The translations under genes were made by a program, and so were the position numbers. Shown in pieces: positions 51,593 to 56,724 of a DNA stretch of 56,724 nucleotides. How positions within the stretch are numbered: the first letter of the stretch is position 1; each line of letters opens with the position of its first letter. Source of the stretch: Actinomycetes bacterium (GTDB lineage: Bacteria; Actinomycetota; Acidimicrobiia; IMCC26256; PALSA-610); assembly GCA_025463905.1 (NCBI GenBank), contig JAODBJ010000325.1, positions 1 to 56,724 on the forward strand, written 5' to 3'. Below the pieces are notes generated by a model that saw nothing but the letters and a program-made list of their open reading frames with translations, was not told the DNA's origin and did no database searches.

Positions 51593-52063
51593 TTAAGACT
51601 CGACGGCCTCGATGTCGAGGTGTGCGGCGATGTCGCGGTAGCGGCTCGCGTCGGCTCGCAACTCCGCAAGGAACCCGTGCAGTAGTCCGAGTTTCTCTTC
51701 GACCTCGTATTGCATCCGCGCGTTGAGGTCCATTGCCTCGCGAGCCATCTCGCGCCGCCGGGCGGCCGAGATGCCACGCTGTGCTTCGGCGCGCAGTTCC
51801 GCGAGACGGTCCTCGGTTTGCAGGATGAGACGGATCCGTTCGAGATCGAATCCCATGACGTCGCGGAGTTCGAGGATGCGTCGCAGGCGCTCGACATCGG
51901 CGTCGGAGTACAGCCGGTTGCCTCGCCGCGTCACGCCTGACGGATGGAGCAAACCCATCTCTTGGTAGTAGCGCAGGGTTCGCGTCGTCACACCGGCTCG
52001 GCTCGCGATCTCACCGATCGCGTGGAGCGCGGCGTCGTCTGCTTGCCGTGCTCGAGCCGTCAT
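51593..52063 (-). CDS. MerR-family transcriptional regulator
   Basis: From the ATG at 52063, which overlaps the MFS stop (ATGA). HAIGEIASRAGVTTRTLRYYQEMGLLHPSGVTRRGNRLYSDADVERLRRILELR. Confidence 0.88.
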   Translation of the reverse strand: MTARARQADDAALHAIGEIASRAGVTTRTLRYYQEMGLLHPSGVTRRGNRLYSDADVERLRRILELRDVMGFDLERIRLILQTEDRLAELRAEAQRGISAARRREMAREAMDLNARMQYEVEEKLGLLHGFLAELRADASRYRDIAAHLDIEAVES

Positions 52064-53850
52064 GCCGGCACCCATTCTTCGGGCTCCGGCGCCTCGTCGC
52101 CGTGGGGGCCGGGTTCGAGTGGTGCGCCGAACGGACCGACCGGTTCGGGTCCACCTTCTGCGCCCGCGGCGACGTAGCGACTGCCCCGCAACCACGACGC
52201 CGCACCCGCGACGATGCACATGATCAGCGACGCGAGGAACGCGATGCGCAGGCCGCGCATGAACGGGTTCGCGATCAGGTGCGGGAAGAACGTCTTGCCC
52301 GTAATGTGGTGGAACTGTGCCGGCGAGACGCCGGCCTTCGACGCGCTGCCCAGCAATTTCTGCATCGGGTTGTAGCCGAGGAACGCGGCGAAGAGGCTGC
52401 CGACCGGCGGCAAGGACGCAATCTCGTGTGCCTTCGCCGGCGCAACGCCGTTCGCCTGCAACGCGGTCGACATCGAATTCGGGAGGGTCGCCGACAATCC
52501 GACGATCATGAGCGAGAAGAACACGCCGACCGAGAGCACCATCCCGCTGTTTTGAAAGGTTGCTCGCATTCCGGAAGCGGCACCGCGGTTCTCCGCCGGA
52601 ACGCTGTTCATGATCCCCGTCATGTTCGGCGCGGCGAACAGCCCCATGCCGATCCCGTTCATGAGCAGCAGCGCGGCGAAGACCGGGAACGCAAAGTTGG
52701 CGGGGAGGAACGTCAGCAAGCCGAAGCTCGCGGCGGCAACGATCATGCCGCCGGTCGCGAACGGCCGCGCGCCGTACCGGTCGGACAACCAACCCGCGAG
52801 AGGTCCGGCGAGCAGGAACCCGCCGGTCAACGGCAGCATGTAGATGCCGGCCCACAATGGCGTCCGTTCGAAGCTGTAACCGTGAAGTGGCAACCAGATG
52901 CCTTGCAGCCAGATGATCAGCACGAACTGCAAACCACCGCGCCCGATCGACGACAACAGACCGGCGACGTTGCCCATCGCGAACGCGCGGATGCGAAACA
53001 GGTCGAGTTGGAACATCGGTTCCTCAACCCGTGTCTCGATCCATGCGAACAGCGCGAGGAACGCCGCCCCGCCGATGAGCTCGAACAGCACCCACGGGCC
53101 CGTCCAACCCATCGTGCGCCCGCCGTGCGGCAACAAGCCGTAGGTCAAGCCGATGAGGACCATCACGAGACCGACGCCGAAGGTCACGTTGCCCCACCAG
53201 TCGATGCGCGACTTCTTCTGGATGCCGAGCTCGCGCAACTTGAGGTACGCCCACACTGTGCCGAACACGCCGATCGGGACGTTGACCCAGAACACCGCAC
53301 GCCAGTCGACGTCGGCAAGCACACCACCGACGATCAGACCGATGAACGCGCCGGCCATTCCGGCGATGACGCTGACGCCGATCGCGAAGCCGCGCTGCGT
53401 CGACGGGAATGCGTCGGTGAGGATCGCGGCCGAGTTCGCCGTGAGCAGCGCGCCGCCGATGCCCTGCACCACCCGCCAGACGATCAACCACATCGCGCCC
53501 TTCGAGCCGTACCACGGACACAACGAGAGCGCGAGTGACGCGGCGCTGAACACCGCGAAGCCGGCGTTGTACATGCGGACGCGGCCGTACATATCGCCGA
53601 GCCGGCCGAACGTGACCACGAGCACCGCGGTGACCACGAGGTAGCCCATAAGCATCCAGAGCAGGTAGCCGACGTTCGCCGGCTGCAGCGGGTCGAGGCG
53701 GATGCCGCGGAAGATCGCGGGCAGAGAGATCAGCACGATCGACGAATCGAGCGACGCCATGAACACCCCGAGGGTCGTGTTCGACAGCGCGACCCATTTG
53801 TACCGGTCGTTCGCAGGAGCGCTCGGAGCGTCAGTGACGAGGGCCGCCAT
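52060..53850 (-). CDS. MFS transporter, DHA2 (EmrB/QacA-like, 14-TM) drug:H+ antiporter family
   Basis: ORF 52060..53871. LGVFMASLDSSIVLISLPAI, FGRLGDMYGRVRMY. I prefer the ATG at 53850 (MAALVTD...) because GGGAGG lies 8 nt upstream. The ATG at 53871 has no RBS. Confidence 0.88.
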   Translation of the reverse strand: MAALVTDAPSAPANDRYKWVALSNTTLGVFMASLDSSIVLISLPAIFRGIRLDPLQPANVGYLLWMLMGYLVVTAVLVVTFGRLGDMYGRVRMYNAGFAVFSAASLALSLCPWYGSKGAMWLIVWRVVQGIGGALLTANSAAILTDAFPSTQRGFAIGVSVIAGMAGAFIGLIVGGVLADVDWRAVFWVNVPIGVFGTVWAYLKLRELGIQKKSRIDWWGNVTFGVGLVMVLIGLTYGLLPHGGRTMGWTGPWVLFELIGGAAFLALFAWIETRVEEPMFQLDLFRIRAFAMGNVAGLLSSIGRGGLQFVLIIWLQGIWLPLHGYSFERTPLWAGIYMLPLTGGFLLAGPLAGWLSDRYGARPFATGGMIVAAASFGLLTFLPANFAFPVFAALLLMNGIGMGLFAAPNMTGIMNSVPAENRGAASGMRATFQNSGMVLSVGVFFSLMIVGLSATLPNSMSTALQANGVAPAKAHEIASLPPVGSLFAAFLGYNPMQKLLGSASKAGVSPAQFHHITGKTFFPHLIANPFMRGLRIAFLASLIMCIVAGAASWLRGSRYVAAGAEGGPEPVGPFGAPLEPGPHGDEAPEPEEWVPA

Positions 53851-53883
53851 GCGCAAGACCTCCCGAAGCATTTCGCAGGGTGA

Positions 53884-53899
53884 TTGACGTGAACGTCAA
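53884..53899. promoter_or_regulatory. Palindrome TTGACGT-GA-ACGTCAA, candidate MerR operator and -35 element of the MFS-merR operon
   Basis: 7-bp perfect arms (53884-53890 and 53893-53899). On the minus strand it begins with a TTGACG -35-like hexamer, about 45 nt upstream of the ATG at 53850. Confidence 0.4.
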
Positions 53900-53994
53900 C
53901 GTACGATACCGCGAGGAGTCCGGGACGGCGCTACCGGCGCAAGCGTGGTGCCGGCGTGAGCAATGATGCGGGGAGAACCGTGGGGGGATGGAAC

Positions 53995-54534
53995 ATGAGC
54001 GTCGAGATGCAACCGGCCGAAGTGTCGACGAGTCGCACCGCGTTGCTGGACCTGGTCGCGACCTTCCTGCCGTTGATCGCGCTAGTGATGATCCTGGGCA
54101 ACGTCGTCCAGGTCTTCGGCCTGAGGGGCTTTTCGGCGCGGGAGGGCTTCTACCTTGCCGCGCTCGACGTCTCGAGTCCGATTCCGGCGTTGGTGGCGCT
54201 CGCGGCCGTTGTCATTCTTGGTGCGGGCGATCGCCGCGCCGACAACCGGATGACCACGCTGACTCGTGCTGGCGCCGAAGCACTTTCGCTCCTCGTCGTC
54301 GTTGCCGCGGTCGCCACGATCTGGCACGCCTTGACCGTGCACGTACACATCCCCGGACCAAACTCGACGAACACCGCCAGCCTGACGTTCGGCTTGGGAG
54401 ACGGGGTGTGGGCATACCGCCTCGAGCAAGCACTCCGTGCGCTGTCCGCCGCCGTCCCCGCCGGTCTGACGTTGTACGTTTCGCGACGCCAGCGAACGGT
54501 TGAACGAGACAGAGTCAACGCGCCGTCTTCGTGA
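53995..54534 (+). CDS. Hypothetical integral membrane protein
   Basis: ORF 53956..54534. Three or four hydrophobic segments (LDLVATFLPLIALVMILGNVV, IPALVALAAVVILGA, ALSLLVVVAAVATIW). Start is the ATG at 53995 or the GTG at 53956. Confidence 0.5.
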   Translation: MSVEMQPAEVSTSRTALLDLVATFLPLIALVMILGNVVQVFGLRGFSAREGFYLAALDVSSPIPALVALAAVVILGAGDRRADNRMTTLTRAGAEALSLLVVVAAVATIWHALTVHVHIPGPNSTNTASLTFGLGDGVWAYRLEQALRALSAAVPAGLTLYVSRRQRTVERDRVNAPSS

Positions 54535-54547
54535 CCGGTCTGCGAGA

Positions 54548-55939
54548 TCACCGCGCGCACAAGTAGAACGTGGTCCGGGCGCAGCGGAGCGTCGAGTGGC
54601 CTTCCGTCGCCACAATGCGCGAGACCTCAGGGCGTTCTCCGCGCCAGAAGAAAACGAAGAGGTGCCGGGGTCCGATGGGGATGTCGCTGTTGGTGCCGTC
54701 GTTCCAGACGACGCGTAGATCGCGAATGTCTGCCGCCGTGATGCCCGCGAGGACGTTGTAGCCCGCTGCGCTGTGACCCTGGGCGAGGACGTCGATGGGG
54801 ACGAGCGCTTTGAAGACGTCCATTGGCGGGCCGCACGAATAGTTCGCCGGTTCGTCGCCGGACGACGTGTCACCGTCTCCGCTCGGGTTCAAAGCTGGGT
54901 CGAAGACGAACGCGTTGCAAACGCCGCCGTTCGTCGCCGGCGACTGTACGAATTGCCAATACACACCGTTCCGCGTGCCTGCCGCCCCTTGTTTCCAGCG
55001 CCCGGTCGGATCAGGCAGTTGGGTCGTCAGCTCGCCCGGCGTGACGTCGTTCGCAGGCGGAGCATCGACTGAGACGCCGACGCCGAAGTGCGAGAAATGC
55101 AACGTCTCGCGGAACGGATGTCTCGCTCCGCGGACTTCTTCGCTTTGGCTGAGCGTGACCTTGACGAGGTGGCGTCGACCATCGACCCAATAGTCGAGGA
55201 CGATCGGTCCGGTGCCGTCTCGGGGGCCGAGCAGCGCGCGACTGAGGGCCGCCGTAACTCGCTTCGACTGGCTGGTGACGCGCTTGTGGACGACAGGAAC
55301 GCCGTCGAGACGTTCGTTTCCGATCGTCACGGCGGTGCTCGGTACCGCGTCGAATGCTCGGAGGAGCGATGCCACGTTGGGCAGGGCGACGAACGCGGGG
55401 CCCGACGCCGTGCCGGCGGGAAGTGGTCCGGGATTGTAGCGGGTCCATGTGCCAAATGTGGACCCAGCGGCCCCGATGCGGATGTAGATGACGCCATCTA
55501 GCCAGCGGACCTGGAGAGCGGGCCTTGCCGGGAGCACGGTCGAGTGGGCGCCCTCCGGTGTGCTGGCGGCGCCGGTCAGTTCACCTACCCCGTGCTCGAA
55601 GTCCACCGATCCAGCAAGCTGTACGTCGCCCTGGGCGTTGCTCTGGATGGCGATGTCGAGGCGCGCTGTCCCGGCCCGCGATGTCGTAGCCGCCGCGGTA
55701 CGAAGCTGCGTCGCGGCGACCGCCTCGATGTTCGTGGTTGAGCCGTGGCGGTCGACGGCAGCAGCCGTCGCGACGCCCGCGCTGACGAGCAGTAGGGCGA
55801 CTACCACGCGGGCGGAGCGACGCCGCTGCCGGCGGCCGCGCCCGGCGCGGACGATCGACGCCAGCGCGTCGTCGGAGCGGCCGGTAGGCGCCGCGGCTGC
55901 GAGGACGTGCAGGCCGCGTTGCAGTTCGTCAGTTCGCAT
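54548..55939 (-). CDS. Membrane-anchored extracytoplasmic protein co-transcribed with an ECF sigma factor (putative anti-sigma or regulon partner)
   Basis: ORF 54548..55993 trimmed to the ATG at 55939, which overlaps the sigma gene end by 11 nt. Arg-rich cytoplasmic tail, one TM segment (VVVALLLVSAGVATAAAV), then about 400 aa outside. No zinc-binding anti-sigma motif is seen. Confidence 0.6.
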   Translation of the reverse strand: MRTDELQRGLHVLAAAAPTGRSDDALASIVRAGRGRRQRRRSARVVVALLLVSAGVATAAAVDRHGSTTNIEAVAATQLRTAAATTSRAGTARLDIAIQSNAQGDVQLAGSVDFEHGVGELTGAASTPEGAHSTVLPARPALQVRWLDGVIYIRIGAAGSTFGTWTRYNPGPLPAGTASGPAFVALPNVASLLRAFDAVPSTAVTIGNERLDGVPVVHKRVTSQSKRVTAALSRALLGPRDGTGPIVLDYWVDGRRHLVKVTLSQSEEVRGARHPFRETLHFSHFGVGVSVDAPPANDVTPGELTTQLPDPTGRWKQGAAGTRNGVYWQFVQSPATNGGVCNAFVFDPALNPSGDGDTSSGDEPANYSCGPPMDVFKALVPIDVLAQGHSAAGYNVLAGITAADIRDLRVVWNDGTNSDIPIGPRHLFVFFWRGERPEVSRIVATEGHSTLRCARTTFYLCAR

Positions 55940-56402
55940 CGACTGCGACCTCCGCTTCGGTGGCGTCCACGCGCATTCGGCGAAGAGCCGCATGCAAGGT
56001 GGACTTCGCGGTGCCCAGCGCGCATCCCATGGCTTCGGCGACGCCTTCCAGCGGAAGGTCGGCCAGGTACCGCAAGGTGACAGCGAGGCGTTGGCGTGGT
56101 GGGAGCGCCGCTAGTAGCGCGGCGACGTCGTGAGTGGCGACGACCGCGTCAGCGTGGTCGGCTGCAGGCTCGTCGTTGGAGGTCAACATCGGGCGCCGTC
56201 GTCGGGCATAGCGGACGGCCGCGATGTAGACCCACCCCGCTGGGCGGTCCATCGAGCCAACGCGTCGCCAGTGCGCGAACGCGTCTGCGAACGCTTCTTG
56301 CGCGGCGTCCTCGGCGAGGCGATCGTCGGCGAGCGCGACGACCAGGGCGCGCCGGACCGACTCGTACTCGGCGCCGTAAAACTCGTCGAACAGGAACGCC
56401 AT
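55929..56402 (-). CDS. ECF sigma factor (minimal region 2 plus region 4)
   Basis: ORF 55929..56432 trimmed to the ATG at 56402. AEDAAQEAFADAFAHWRRV, AGWVYIAAVRYARR, LPPRQRLAVTLRYLADLPLEGVAEAMGCALGTAKSTLHAALRRM. Confidence 0.85.
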   Translation of the reverse strand: MAFLFDEFYGAEYESVRRALVVALADDRLAEDAAQEAFADAFAHWRRVGSMDRPAGWVYIAAVRYARRRRPMLTSNDEPAADHADAVVATHDVAALLAALPPRQRLAVTLRYLADLPLEGVAEAMGCALGTAKSTLHAALRRMRVDATEAEVAVDAN

Positions 56403-56446
56403 CACCTCTCCCAATAGGGATCCGGCGCCCAAGAAGGTTCAGCGCG

Positions 56447-56467
56447 GGACGACATTAGGCGTCGTCC
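56447..56467. promoter_or_regulatory. Inverted repeat GGACGAC-N7-GTCGTCC in the ECF/TetR divergent region
   Basis: 7-bp perfect arms at 56447-56453 and 56461-56467. Confidence 0.35.
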
Positions 56468-56508
56468 GGCGACGAGCGGCCCGCTCGGACCGGCTCTTCC
56501 GTTCGTGT

Positions 56509-56524
56509 GAGTGAGGACTCACTC
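56509..56524. promoter_or_regulatory. 16-bp palindrome GAGTGAG-GA-CTCACTC, candidate TetR operator
   Basis: 7-bp perfect arms, directly upstream of the truncated TetR gene. Confidence 0.35.
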
Positions 56525-56588
56525 GCTACTCTCGATCCCTGTGAGCTCCCCGGTGACAGCAGTGACGAAGGCGAAGCGGGCGACCGCG

Positions 56589-56724
56589 ATGCCTCCGGAC
56601 GAGCGACGGTCGATGATCGTCGCCGCGACGCTGCCCTTGCTGCTCGAGCACGGCGATCGCGTCACCAGCCGCCAGATCGCGGAAGCGGCCGGGATCGCCG
56701 AGGGCACCATTTTTCGGGCCTTCG
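56589..56724 (+). CDS. TetR-family regulator, 5' fragment (runs off the window end)
   Basis: Not in the ORF track because it has no stop codon in the window. The frame opening at 56511 reads ...MPPDERRSMIVAATLPLLLEHGDRVTSRQIAEAAGIAEGTIFRAF, a typical TetR HTH. I chose the ATG at 56589. GTG alternatives lie at 56541, 56553 and 56562. Confidence 0.7.
   Translation, partial: MPPDERRSMIVAATLPLLLEHGDRVTSRQIAEAAGIAEGTIFRAF

Noticed and set aside
56519-56710. Minus-strand 63-aa ORF at the window end
   Set aside because: The plus strand in the same place encodes a canonical TetR HTH. The minus-strand ORF is its shadow.
1-56724. Search for mobile or defence content: IS elements, integrases, phage genes, toxin-antitoxin pairs, restriction-modification, BGC core enzymes
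   Set aside because: None of the translated ORFs shows transposase (DDE), recombinase, capsid or terminase, nuclease-toxin, methyltransferase or PKS/NRPS motifs. Gene density and composition look uniform by eye. The window reads as core chromosome rather than an accessory island.

Overview
High-G+C chromosomal segment of actinobacterial type. Several products look like mycobacterial proteins: UsfX/SigF, the GlgE pathway, DhmA and AtsA. I call about 54 protein-coding genes at high density. By eye I found no rRNA, tRNA, CRISPR array, transposase, integrase or phage genes. Three blocks dominate.

(1) 6.2-19.3 kb is a very dense SigF partner-switching region. It holds the rsbW(usfX)-sigF operon and a second degenerate RsbW-like protein. 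It also holds two PP2C phosphatase-RsbW kinase fusion proteins, each overlapping (GTGA) its own STAS substrate gene. There are five STAS anti-anti-sigma proteins in total. A DUF2231-Rieske protein and a hemerythrin are embedded in the same strand block, and otsA plus an orphan NuoF-like flavoprotein flank the region.

(2) 19.4-38.9 kb holds sodA and a six-gene trehalose/alpha-glucan operon joined by overlapping stop/start codons: glgE, treS-mak, malQ, glgB, treZ, treY. A convergent glgX-arylsulfatase pair follows.

(3) 39-56.7 kb holds mixed stress and housekeeping genes. These include a hemerythrin followed by a LigD-type ligase, an M24 peptidase pair, lepB, and ECF sigma modules, plus MFS-MerR, MarR, TetR and other regulators.

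The most interesting signals not explained by the ORF list are as follows.

(a) A SigF-type promoter motif, (GC)GTTT-N15-17-GGGTA, recurs. Four perfect copies and five one-mismatch copies all lie directly upstream of gene starts. Four of them have the start codon only 8-9 nt after the -10 element, which implies leaderless mRNAs.

(b) A 48-bp palindromic element, TTTTGATC.CAGAA..CACCGAA..CGG..TTCTG.GATCAAAACGA, is present three times at gene ends. I do not recognise it.

(c) A perfect 20-bp hairpin spans the glgB stop codon and the treZ ribosome-binding site and start codon.

All functional calls come from reading the translated ORFs. No database search was run.
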